Source: a bacterium
Lineage (GTDB): Bacteria; Desulfobacterota; DSWW01
Assembly (NCBI GenBank): GCA_040756235.1
Contig: JBFLZG010000087.1
Coordinates: forward strand, 1 to 64,000
Reading direction: 5' to 3'
Length of the DNA stretch: 64,000 nucleotides
Shown here: piece after piece, positions 9,671 through 18,761 of the stretch
Layout: the number at the start of each line of letters is the position of its first letter
Position numbering within the stretch: the first letter of the stretch is position 1
The notes under the pieces: model-generated
What the model was told of the DNA's origin: nothing
Database searches by the model: none
Seen by the model: the letters and a program-made list of their open reading frames with translations, nothing else
Program-made: the position numbers and the translations under genes

Positions 9671-9876
9671 CGTCATCCCGGCCCGTGTGCGGAGCGCGTG
9701 CTGGCCGGGATCCCGTAAGGGCGACCGGCGGTCGCCCTTACGAATGACGGGGTGGCAGGGACCGGACCCTGGCTTTCGCCGGGGGGACGGAAGAGACCGG
9801 GGACCGGGTTCCGGCCTTGCCGGGACTCCGATTCAGGGGATGTCGTGATTCTGATCCGGCCTGCGCCGGGATGACG
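9671..9876. repeat. CGTC-type palindromic element cluster (inverted copy) with a nested perfect palindrome
   Basis: Reverse-orientation copy of the GGATCCCGG..CACGCGCTCCGCA..GGGCCGGGATGACG unit; CGTAAGGGCGACC-GGC-GGTCGCCCTTACG at 9714-9742. Confidence 0.8.
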
Positions 9877-9886
9877 AGGATCTGCC

Positions 9887-10732
9887 ATGCTCGGAACGTG
9901 TATGAAGAGCCTGGCCTGGCTGGCCCTGCTGGCACTCTGGGCCGGTTGCACGGGAGGGGAGTCCGTGGAAACCGATGTCGCACCCCCGACGATCCGGGAC
10001 GTGCCCGGCGCATCCTGGCCGCGGCTGGCCGCCCGGAAGATCTTCTTCGGCCATCAGTCCGTCGGGTTCAACATCCTGAGCGGCGTGAACGATCTGATGC
10101 AGGCCGACCCGCAGATCCGGCTCGACCTGGTGGAGACGCGCGATCTGGCGGACCGGGACGGAGGCGTATTCGCCCATTCCAGGGTGGGCCGGAACTCGGA
10201 TCCCTACACCAAGATCCGGGACTTCTCGGAGGTCGTCGAGCATGGCGTCGGAGGCCCTGCGGACATCGCTTTCTTCAAGTTCTGCTACGTGGACATCGGC
10301 GCCGACACGGACGTGGACAAGCTCTTCAGCGCCTACCAAACCGCCCTGTCGGAGCTGAAAGCGCATTACCCGGAAACGGCTTTCGTGCACGTCACCGTCC
10401 CCCTGTGCGTCACGAGGACCAGCTGGAAGACCGGGATCAAGAAGCTCCTGCGCAGGCAGGAGATGTGGGAATACGACGACAACGTGAAGAGGAACGAATT
10501 CAACGAGAGGCTCCTCGATGCATATCGAGGCAAGGAACCCGTTTTCGACCTGGCCGGTGTGGAATCGACTTTCCCGGACGGCCGCCGGTGCTCCTTCGTG
10601 CGGGGCGGGAAGAGTTACTTTTCCCTGGTCCCGGAATACACCTACGACGGAGGCCACCTGAACGAGACGGGAAGGCGCAAGGCGGCCGAGCCGCTCCTGG
10701 TCCTGCTCGCTGAACTCGCTCAAGCGGATTGA
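9887..10732 (+). CDS. Putative lipoprotein with SGNH-hydrolase-like motifs
   Basis: Lipobox WAGC; IFFGHQSVG near the N-terminus; DGGHLN near the C-terminus; paralog at 59474-60379. Confidence 0.7.
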   Translation: MLGTCMKSLAWLALLALWAGCTGGESVETDVAPPTIRDVPGASWPRLAARKIFFGHQSVGFNILSGVNDLMQADPQIRLDLVETRDLADRDGGVFAHSRVGRNSDPYTKIRDFSEVVEHGVGGPADIAFFKFCYVDIGADTDVDKLFSAYQTALSELKAHYPETAFVHVTVPLCVTRTSWKTGIKKLLRRQEMWEYDDNVKRNEFNERLLDAYRGKEPVFDLAGVESTFPDGRRCSFVRGGKSYFSLVPEYTYDGGHLNETGRRKAAEPLLVLLAELAQAD

Positions 10733-10739
10733 AGGAGGC

Positions 10740-11630
10740 ATGGATTCGAATCCGACCCTGATCCTCACGATCGATGTGGAAGACTGGTTCCAGGTCGAGA
10801 ACTTCAAACGCTGGATCCCTTTTTCGAGCTGGTCTGCCCGCGACCTGCGCGTGGAAAGGAACACGGAGCGGCTCCTCGATCTGCTCGAGTCGAGGCCGGG
10901 GCGGGACCCGCACCCGGCTGCAGAACGACGCGGAGAACGGGTGCGGGCGACCTTCTTCGTCCTGGGCTGGATCGCCGAGCGACTCCCGCGTCTGGTGCGG
11001 GCCGTGCACGCCCGCGGGCACGAGGTCGCCTCACACGGATCGGCTCATGATCTCTGCACCGCCCTGAGCCGCAGGGCCCTGAAGGAGGATCTCACCGGGA
11101 GCAAGAAACTCCTCGAGGACCTGCTCGGAACGGCCGTGTGCGGCTACCGGGCGCCGAGCTTCTCGATCAGCCCCGAGATCCTGGAGATCGTGCGGGAATG
11201 CGGCTATCGGTACGACTCCAGCTACAATTCGTTCGCAATCAACAAGAGGTACGGGTCCCTGGACCTGTCCGGGAAGCCGCGCAGGGGGATCGCGCTGGAA
11301 GTGGCGCCCGGGTTCCATGAGCTGCCGGTCAGCAACCTCGAGGTGGGCCGCTGGGTCGTCCCGCTCGGCGGCGGCGGGTACTTCCGCATGATCCCGTTTC
11401 CGCTCTTTCGGCTGGGCATTCAGAATATCCTGCACCGGCACGGAGCCTACCTCTTCTACCTGCATCCCTGGGAGATCGATCCCGGCCAACCCGTGGTGAG
11501 AGAGGCTTCGCTCCCGTACCGCCTCCGTCACCGTATCAACCTCGGTCGCAGCTATGCCAAGCTGCAAGCTCTGCTTGCGACCTTCCGCGGGGCTCGATTC
11601 TCCACCTGCAGCGGATACCTCGGGCGATGA
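10740..11630 (+). CDS. Polysaccharide deacetylase, exosortase-locus type
   Basis: TIDVEDWFQV; ATFFVLGWIAER; HEVASHG; GYRAPSFSI; GGGYFR; YLHPWEIDP. Confidence 0.93.
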   Translation: MDSNPTLILTIDVEDWFQVENFKRWIPFSSWSARDLRVERNTERLLDLLESRPGRDPHPAAERRGERVRATFFVLGWIAERLPRLVRAVHARGHEVASHGSAHDLCTALSRRALKEDLTGSKKLLEDLLGTAVCGYRAPSFSISPEILEIVRECGYRYDSSYNSFAINKRYGSLDLSGKPRRGIALEVAPGFHELPVSNLEVGRWVVPLGGGGYFRMIPFPLFRLGIQNILHRHGAYLFYLHPWEIDPGQPVVREASLPYRLRHRINLGRSYAKLQALLATFRGARFSTCSGYLGR

Positions 11631-12514
11631 CGGACCAGAAGGCGCCGGCCCCGGGCCGCAAACGGGTGCGCTTGGCCGATGCGAAAACGCTGCCCCTCAT
11701 GCTGCTCCTGCTGGCCGCGTTCGTCACCGCCTTCCTGCCGGTGTGGCGCCAACTCGTCTCGACCTGGTCCGGCTCCGAGGATCACTCTTTCGGTTTTTTC
11801 ATCCTCCCCTTGAGCCTTTACCTGGTCTGGCGCGAAAAGGTCCGTCTTGCCGCCATTCCGATCCGGCCTTCCGCGGCGGGGCTGGCGCTCGTGATCGGGT
11901 CCCTGATCGTGTACGTCTCTTCCTCTCTGGCCGAGATCACGACGGCGGCCTCGATCTCCATGGTCGCATTCGCGGCCGCAGCCACTGCCTATCTGGCGGG
12001 CTTCGGGATGGTGAGGGCGCTTCTGTTCCCCCTGTTCTTCCTGCTGTTCATGATCCCCGTGCCGGCACAGATCTACGCCTCCCTGACGATTCCCTTACAG
12101 CTGCTCGTCTCCAAGGTGAGCGCGGCCGCGGCAGGAACCGCAGGACTTCCCGTTTGTCGGGAGGGGAACGTGCTCCATCTGCCCGCGCACACGCTGGAGG
12201 TGGTGGAGGCCTGCAGCGGGCTCCGTTCCATGATCTCTCTTCTGGCGCTGAGCGCCTTTTACGGCTATCTCAGCCTGAGATCGAACCGCCTGAGGGGCCT
12301 CTTGTTCCTGCTCGGGATCCCCGTGGCGATCGCCGTGAACGTCGCCAGGATCCTGATCGTGGCTTTCGCAATGTACTTTCTGGGCCTGGATCTTGTCTCC
12401 GGCGCGGCCCACACCTTGTTCGGGGTCGCCCTTTTCCTCCTGGCCCTGCTGCTCATCGCCTCGACTCAGAAGGCATTGGCGATTTGGGACCGATCCGGCC
12501 GTCAAGAATCCTGA
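11627..12514 (+). CDS. Exosortase (copy 1)
   Basis: Multi-TM protein; MIPVP; LEVVEACSGLRS (Cys); NVARI (Arg); AAHTLFG (His). Confidence 0.93.
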   Translation: MTDQKAPAPGRKRVRLADAKTLPLMLLLLAAFVTAFLPVWRQLVSTWSGSEDHSFGFFILPLSLYLVWREKVRLAAIPIRPSAAGLALVIGSLIVYVSSSLAEITTAASISMVAFAAAATAYLAGFGMVRALLFPLFFLLFMIPVPAQIYASLTIPLQLLVSKVSAAAAGTAGLPVCREGNVLHLPAHTLEVVEACSGLRSMISLLALSAFYGYLSLRSNRLRGLLFLLGIPVAIAVNVARILIVAFAMYFLGLDLVSGAAHTLFGVALFLLALLLIASTQKALAIWDRSGRQES

Positions 12515-13137
12515 CTGTCTGCGCCTTGCTGGCCCTGACGAGTCTCGTCCTGTACGAGGCGAGGTCCCCTTTTCCGGGGATCGTCAAGAGGGCCCCCCTC
12601 CACCACAGCCTGCAGGCCATCCGCGGCTGGGGGGCGCCGGTGTCCCTGGAGACGGACGCGCGGGTCCTCGGTCTGCTGGCCGTCGATGATTACGTGAACG
12701 ACCTCTATTCCCGGGGCTCCGAGCGGGTGTACCTGTTCATCGGGTATTACGGGACGTCCGGGAAAGTCGGCAAACCGCACTCGCCGCTCGTCTGCTACCC
12801 GGGGCAGGGCTGGACCCTTTCTCGACCGGAGGTCCGCTCCATGCTCGTGATGGGAAACGAAGTGCGTTTTTCGGCCGTGGTCGCGGGAAGAGGCTCGGAT
12901 CAGGACCTCGTGCTCTACTGGTTCCAGGCTTTCGACCGCACGGCCCCCGGAACGTTCCTGCAGAAAATGTACCTGCTCCGGGCCAAGCTGGTGAGCCGCA
13001 GGGAGGACAACGCTTTCGTCCGTGTTTCCATCCCGATGGACGGACGGACGCGTGAGGAAGTCTTGCGGACCGGCCGCGACTTCATCGGCGACTTCTATCC
13101 GGTGTTCCTCCGTTACATCTGCAGCCGCGGACAGTGA
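12484..13137 (+). CDS. epsI: Exosortase-associated EpsI family protein (start approximate)
   Basis: N-terminal TM; LFIGYY; HSPLVCYPGQGW; LVLYWFQ; AFVRVS; overlaps the end of the exosortase gene. Confidence 0.85.
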   Translation: MGPIRPSRILTVCALLALTSLVLYEARSPFPGIVKRAPLHHSLQAIRGWGAPVSLETDARVLGLLAVDDYVNDLYSRGSERVYLFIGYYGTSGKVGKPHSPLVCYPGQGWTLSRPEVRSMLVMGNEVRFSAVVAGRGSDQDLVLYWFQAFDRTAPGTFLQKMYLLRAKLVSRREDNAFVRVSIPMDGRTREEVLRTGRDFIGDFYPVFLRYICSRGQ

Positions 13138-13150
13138 CGGAGTCCTGCTC

Positions 13151-13340
13151 CGTCGTTCCGCCAAGGCCGGAATCCCGGTCCCTGGTCTTTTCCGTCACCC
13201 CGGCGCAGGCCGGGGCCCAGCCCCTGCTCCCCGTGATGATTCCCGCTGCTCGGATGCAGACTTCCGGATCCCGGCTCGCACGCGCTCCGCAACCGGGCCG
13301 GGATGACGAAGATAAGAAGGCCCTCTCTTTTCGTCATTCC
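13151..13340. repeat. CGTC-type palindromic element cluster
   Basis: Core dimer at 13193-13308 is highly similar to 139-253; extra arms at 13151 and 13332. Confidence 0.8.
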
Positions 13341-13592
13341 TGCCAGGGGGCTTCTACGAAGCCAAAGAGGGAGACGTGTAATCAAACTCTGCAGGGTGGA
13401 TCGAAGTCGGGGGGCCGAGCGTCTTGCCTTCTCCCATTCAATCCAACGGACGAACGGAGCCGGAGAAGAGGCTTGCAGACCGGCCCCGGGCGGTCTCGGG
13501 GCGTTTATCCGTCCTGTTGGGACCTGAGTGCCAGCCAAGCCTGGTGGCTGGCACTTCATCCTAAATTAAGGGGGGTGACGGTGTGAATCAAA

Positions 13593-14753
13593 ATGACGGT
13601 AGACGGGATCGGAATCGTCTTGTTCCTCGTGACGGTCGTTCTTTGTGCCGCCACCTATTTCCTGTACCCGCTGGCGATACGCTTGGGAGGCAGGATCGCT
13701 CCTTACAGGACCTTGAAGCGGGAGATCTTCCCCTCGATCTCGGTTCTGATCGCCGCTTACAACGAGGAAAAGAGCATCGAGCGCAAGATCCGGAACACGC
13801 TGGCGCTGGATTACCCGAAGGAGCGGCTGGAGATCCTCGTGGGCTCGGACGGGTCGACCGATGGGACCGCGAGCATCGCCCGCAGCTTCGCAGGTCAGGG
13901 AGTCCGCCTCCTCGATTTCGAGAGCAATCGCGGCAAGACTTCGGTTCAGAACGACCTGGTGCGGGCATCCAGGGGCGAGATCCTCGTCTTCACGGATGCG
14001 GCCTCGTTCCTCTCCCGGGACGCGCTGCGCAAGATCGTGCGCAACTTCGCCGACGGCCGCGTCGGGGGCGTGGCCGGCAGGATGCGTTACGTAGACACGG
14101 AACGGAACCTCACGACCCGGAGCCAGGGGCTCTATTGGCGCTACGAAGCCAAGATCCGGGAAATGGAATCCGCCCTCGGCAGGGTGATCGGGGTGGACGG
14201 GCCCTTGTACGCGGTTCGCCGGGACGCATACGTGCCGCTCGAGAACAACGCCATCAGTGATCTCCTGATGCCTTTGCTCCTTCTGGAACAGGGCAGACGC
14301 GTGGTCCTCGAGCCGGAAGCGCTCGTGGATGAGGACCCGAACACGCGCTCCCGGGAAGAATTCAGGACCCGCAAACGGATTGCGCTGAGGGGCCTGGTGG
14401 GCCTTGCCTCCCATTCCCATCTGTTGAATCCGATGAAGCACCCGGTGTTGGCCCTGCAGATCTTCTTCCACAAGGTCCTGCGCTGGTTCGTGGGCCCCCT
14501 GGTGTTGCTCAATGCGGCGGCTGCCGCGACCCTCTCGGGCCATGCGCTCTTCCGGGTCATGCTCGCCGGATACATCGTCTTCTTCTTGCTGGCGGCCTGG
14601 GGGTGGCTGCGCCAGTATCAGGGCGGGAAAGCGATCCTGCTCCTTTCCGTCCCCTACTACTTCTGCCTGGTGAACCTCGCAGCGTCCGCGGCCATCGTGG
14701 ATTTCTTCAGGAGGAAGGAGGCGGTCAGTTGGGTGCCGATACGAGAGACATGA
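13593..14753 (+). CDS. GT2 glycosyltransferase with membrane helices
   Basis: IAAYNEE; SDGSTD; VFTDA; GLYWRYE; HKVLRW; paralog at 58333-59463. Confidence 0.92.
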   Translation: MTVDGIGIVLFLVTVVLCAATYFLYPLAIRLGGRIAPYRTLKREIFPSISVLIAAYNEEKSIERKIRNTLALDYPKERLEILVGSDGSTDGTASIARSFAGQGVRLLDFESNRGKTSVQNDLVRASRGEILVFTDAASFLSRDALRKIVRNFADGRVGGVAGRMRYVDTERNLTTRSQGLYWRYEAKIREMESALGRVIGVDGPLYAVRRDAYVPLENNAISDLLMPLLLLEQGRRVVLEPEALVDEDPNTRSREEFRTRKRIALRGLVGLASHSHLLNPMKHPVLALQIFFHKVLRWFVGPLVLLNAAAAATLSGHALFRVMLAGYIVFFLLAAWGWLRQYQGGKAILLLSVPYYFCLVNLAASAAIVDFFRRKEAVSWVPIRET

Positions 14754-15835
14754 GCCGGGCCCCGGCCGTGCTCCCGGTCGAGCGGAACACCGGTGAAGGT
14801 TTGAAAGCCGTCCTGTTTCGCTCCGAGGAGCGTTTTGGTTCGTTCCAGAGGAAACTGGCCGAGAACGGGGTCGCGATCGACCTCCTGGATTTCGACCGCG
14901 ACCGCTGGATCGACTATGACTATGCCGGTGCCGACCTCGCCATCTACTACCCGACTTTCAAGTTCTCGTCCAACCATCCCCACGCGCTGGACCAGGTCCA
15001 CGACAACCTGCTCTTCCTCGCGCGCGAGTTCCCCCATCTCGCCCTCTATCCGGACCCGCGGGTCATCTGGTACTACAACGACAAGTACAGGCAGTACCTG
15101 TTTCTGAAGAAACATCGATTCCCTACTCCGGAAACCCTGCCGCTCGTATCCGCCTCCTCCCTGGATGAAGCCGAAAGCCGGCTCGGCTTTCCGATGGTGC
15201 TGAAGAACCGCCACGGGGCGGGCGGGAGCGCCGTGTTCCTGGCACGGGACCGGAAGCATCTCGAGAAGTACTACCATGTTTCCCGATTGAACTTTTTCCG
15301 CTGGGGGTCGGTGCGCTATGGGGCCTCCCTCCTGAGCCGGCGCACCTTCTACTATCATCTGATCCGGATGAAGAAGGCGCCTTATCCCTTCTTGTCCCCG
15401 CCTCTGCTCGCGCAAAAATTCCTGCACATCGATCGCGACCTGAAGACCGTGGTCGGGGACGGCCGGGTGGTCGAAGGCCACTGGCGTCTCCGGGCCGACC
15501 GGGCGATGTGGAAGATGAACATCGATGGCGGCGGCATCGGCGAGTGGAGCCGGATCCCACGGGAAGCGATCGACCTTTCCGTGCGGCTGGCCGGAGCGCT
15601 CCAGGCGAGCTGGCTGAATCTCGATCTGATCCCGGCGCCCGGCGAGTTTCTGGTCACCGAGTTCTCCCCGGTCTGGCATCATTACGCGTACCGGGAGAAG
15701 CCCAGCTTTGTTTACCGGGACGACTACAACATCGAGGTCCCGCCGGAGATTGCGCTCGACCTCGAAAGCATGCTGGTCGAGTCCCTGCTGGCCCGGGTTC
15801 GGTCGTCCGTCAGGAGCGCCCCGGCCGGGATATGA
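14750..15835 (+). CDS. ATP-grasp (RimK-like) ligase
   Basis: NDKYRQY; FPMVLKNRHGAGGSAVFL; LAQKFL; WKMNIDGGG; LDLI..FLVTEFS; ATGA overlap with the upstream gene. Confidence 0.8.
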   Translation: MSRAPAVLPVERNTGEGLKAVLFRSEERFGSFQRKLAENGVAIDLLDFDRDRWIDYDYAGADLAIYYPTFKFSSNHPHALDQVHDNLLFLAREFPHLALYPDPRVIWYYNDKYRQYLFLKKHRFPTPETLPLVSASSLDEAESRLGFPMVLKNRHGAGGSAVFLARDRKHLEKYYHVSRLNFFRWGSVRYGASLLSRRTFYYHLIRMKKAPYPFLSPPLLAQKFLHIDRDLKTVVGDGRVVEGHWRLRADRAMWKMNIDGGGIGEWSRIPREAIDLSVRLAGALQASWLNLDLIPAPGEFLVTEFSPVWHHYAYREKPSFVYRDDYNIEVPPEIALDLESMLVESLLARVRSSVRSAPAGI

Positions 15836-17379
15836 AGACGGTTCAGCGGGCCGCGCACACGGCAGAGATGAAGAACGGAAACGCTGCGAAAGCGGAGATG
15901 GCGCAAGAGGGCAAGACCCTGGTGCGGCACTCCATGGTGTACGGTCTGGGGATCATCCTGAACCGGTTGATCGGGTTCATCATGATCCCGATCTACACGC
16001 GGCTGCTCACCCCTGCGGATTACGGAACCCTGGAGCTTCTGGGCCTGTCCACCGACATCATCGGCATGGTCATCTCGGTCGGGATCGCCAATGCCATGTA
16101 CCGGTTCTACTTCGAGTTCGAGGACGAGAGGGAGAGGAACGCGGTCATCAGCACGGCGTTCGCGACTTTCGGAGGCATCGGGCTCCTCTGTCTGGGTCTG
16201 CTGTCTCTCGCCACCGGCTTTCTCTCGCGGGTGATCCTCGATGCGGAGCAGTATGCGTCCTATTTCCTGGTCGCCCTGACCTCGATCTGGTTCCTCACGG
16301 TCGTGCAGATGGGGTTCGATTACCTGCGGATGCGGCAAAAGTCGGTGCTGTTCCTGATCGTCTCCACCCTGAAGCTCCTGCTGGCCCTGGGCCTCAACAT
16401 CTACCTGGTGGTCTATCTTCGGATGGGGGTCATGGGCATTCTGCTGAGCACGCTCATCTCCTCGGTCGTGATGACGATCGTGTTCGTCGTGCCGATTCTG
16501 GTTCAGACCGGCCCGCATATCTCCCCGTCGATCGCGGCGAAGCTGATCCGCTTCGGCGCCCCGCTCATTCCGGCCAACCTGGGCTCCCTGATCGTGCATG
16601 CTTCCGACCGGTACTTTCTCAAGTACTTCGGCGACCTGCACCAGACCGGCATCTACTCACTGGGGTACAAGTTCGGAAACCTCCCGAACACCTTCGTCAC
16701 CTCGCCGTTCATGCAGATCTGGACGGCCCGGCGCTTCGAGGTCTACAAGAAGCCGTACGCCGAGGAGATGTTCGGGGCGATCTTCACGTACTTCTGCCTG
16801 CTCATCACCTTCGTCGGGCTCGGCATTTCGATGATATCCAGAGAGGCGCTGGAGATCATCGCCAACCCGAGCTTCTGGGACGCGCACCAGGTCATTCCCA
16901 TCATCATCTTCGCCTACATCGTCTTCAGCTTGCACAACCATTTCAACATGGGGATCCTCATCGAGAAGAAGACCCACTACCTGGCGTACATCAACGGTTC
17001 GAACGGAATCGTGAATCTCGTCCTCAACTGGTTTTTTATCCAGCGCTGGGGGATGTACGGGGCGGCCTACGCCACACTGCTCTCGTTCTTCTACAAGGTG
17101 ATCGTCACGTACGCCGTCAGCAGCCGCATCTACCCGGTCCACTTTGAGGCGGGAAAAGTGCTGAAGATCTTCTTGACTGCGGGTCTGCTCTATGCGGCCT
17201 CGCAGTGGATCCCGGCGGGTCCCATCTACGTCCGTCTCGGGATCAAGGGCCTGCTCCTGCTCGCCTATCCGGTCCTGCTCTGGTTCCTGGGGGTTCCGGG
17301 GCCGGAAGACAGAGGACAGATCCTCTCCTTTGCGCGATCCAAGCTCCCGATGTGGACCGGTCTGGGGGTGCGCACATGA
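15832..17379 (+). CDS. Wzx-type flippase (copy 1)
   Basis: PIYTRLLTPADYG; about 12-14 TMs; SDRYFL; GIYSLGYKF; GMYGAAYAT. Confidence 0.9.
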   Translation: MKTVQRAAHTAEMKNGNAAKAEMAQEGKTLVRHSMVYGLGIILNRLIGFIMIPIYTRLLTPADYGTLELLGLSTDIIGMVISVGIANAMYRFYFEFEDERERNAVISTAFATFGGIGLLCLGLLSLATGFLSRVILDAEQYASYFLVALTSIWFLTVVQMGFDYLRMRQKSVLFLIVSTLKLLLALGLNIYLVVYLRMGVMGILLSTLISSVVMTIVFVVPILVQTGPHISPSIAAKLIRFGAPLIPANLGSLIVHASDRYFLKYFGDLHQTGIYSLGYKFGNLPNTFVTSPFMQIWTARRFEVYKKPYAEEMFGAIFTYFCLLITFVGLGISMISREALEIIANPSFWDAHQVIPIIIFAYIVFSLHNHFNMGILIEKKTHYLAYINGSNGIVNLVLNWFFIQRWGMYGAAYATLLSFFYKVIVTYAVSSRIYPVHFEAGKVLKIFLTAGLLYAASQWIPAGPIYVRLGIKGLLLLAYPVLLWFLGVPGPEDRGQILSFARSKLPMWTGLGVRT

Positions 17380-18758
17380 CCGATCCGGCTGCCGGCACCC
17401 TCCAGGAGCGCAAGGCCCCCCCGGCGCGGCGCAGGCGGCCGCGCCTGCCGGCCAAGAGGCGCTCGACGGAGCGCTTGCGCTTCCTCTTCGTGGCCTATGC
17501 CTTTCCTCCCATACCGTACGCCGGGACCTACAGGACCATGCGGCTGTGCAACGGTCTGGCCGAACGGGGCCACTCGGTCGAGGTGGTGACCCTGCACCCG
17601 GGAAGGGGGATCCACCGCGACCCGGAGCTTACGGCCCGGCTCCACGGCAACGTCATCGTCCATCGCACCCGAACCGTGGACCCCTGGCTGTTCTACAGGA
17701 AGGAAGTCCTTCCGCGCGCCCGGCTGCGCCCTCTCAGAGCCGCGCTGGGAAGGTTCGTCAGCTTCATCAGCATCCCGGATCACATGGTCTTCTGGGTGCC
17801 GTTCGCCGTGCGGAAATGCCGCGACCTGCTCCGGGAACGGGCCGTCGATTTTCTCTATACGACCTCTCCGCCCCATTCCGAGCAGCTCATCGGTCTGGCT
17901 CTGAAGCGCCGATTCGGCGTGCCCTGGATCGCCGACCTGAGGGACCCCATCACCGAGAACATCGCGTACGATTCGGACCGGATCCCTCGGTTGCAGCGGC
18001 TCGCCGAGGCCCGGCTGGAACGCTCGATCGTGCAGCACGCCGACGCCATCCTGGTGAACACGGAACATGCTCGACGGATCTGCCAGAGCAAGTATCCCGG
18101 GTGCACCCGGTTCAGGACCCTGCGGAACTTCTACGACCCGCGGGAATTCGGGCGTGCTCTTCCACGCTGGGAGACGTTCACGATCTCGCACGTGGGGAGC
18201 GTGTACAGCCACCGGAATCCCGAGGCCCTGTTCGAAGCCGTGTCCCGGCTGGTCCGGCGCAGCTCCGGGGATCCGTTGCCGATTCGCCTGAACTTCGTCG
18301 GCCTGAGCGACGGGCGCATGCAAGAGCTGGTCGAGCGCTATCGGTTGTCTTCCCATGTGACCCTCCGGGACATGGTGAGCCACCGAGAGGCCCTCCGGAT
18401 CATGCAGCGGTCTCACCTGCTCCTGGTCCTCAAGGGCTTCGGCGAACGAGGCCACGGCCAGATCCCGGGCAAGCTCTACGAGTACATCGGCTCGGGCAAC
18501 CGGATCCTTTGCATCGGACCCCGGGAGAGCGAGTGCTCCCGCATCGTGGAAGAGCTCGGTCTCGGGCCCTGCGTCGCGGGGGACGCCGGGGAGCTGGCCC
18601 GGGTTCTGGAACGCGAATACGAGCGGTTCCGCCGCCGCCGGCCCGGCACCTCCTCCGCCCGAATCGACCGGCGGAGACAGGTTTTCTCACTGGAAAGGGC
18701 GATCGAAACGTTTCTGTCCGTGGCCGGCGAGGTCGCGGATCGAGCCGGTTCCGGGTGA
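17376..18758 (+). CDS. GT4-like glycosyltransferase
   Basis: AYAFPP; TTSPPHS; PWIADLRDP; IPGKLYEYI. Confidence 0.85.
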   Translation: MTDPAAGTLQERKAPPARRRRPRLPAKRRSTERLRFLFVAYAFPPIPYAGTYRTMRLCNGLAERGHSVEVVTLHPGRGIHRDPELTARLHGNVIVHRTRTVDPWLFYRKEVLPRARLRPLRAALGRFVSFISIPDHMVFWVPFAVRKCRDLLRERAVDFLYTTSPPHSEQLIGLALKRRFGVPWIADLRDPITENIAYDSDRIPRLQRLAEARLERSIVQHADAILVNTEHARRICQSKYPGCTRFRTLRNFYDPREFGRALPRWETFTISHVGSVYSHRNPEALFEAVSRLVRRSSGDPLPIRLNFVGLSDGRMQELVERYRLSSHVTLRDMVSHREALRIMQRSHLLLVLKGFGERGHGQIPGKLYEYIGSGNRILCIGPRESECSRIVEELGLGPCVAGDAGELARVLEREYERFRRRRPGTSSARIDRRRQVFSLERAIETFLSVAGEVADRAGSG

Positions 18759-18761
18759 CCC

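Noticed and set aside
3901..9676. Long minus-strand ORFs (702, 558 and 689 aa)
   Set aside because: Antisense shadows of clearly identified plus-strand genes.
11554..13137. Possible exosortase-EpsI fusion or programmed frameshift
   Set aside because: The two genes are in different frames with a short overlap and a plausible TTG start; the second module also has them separate; no slippery sequence seen.
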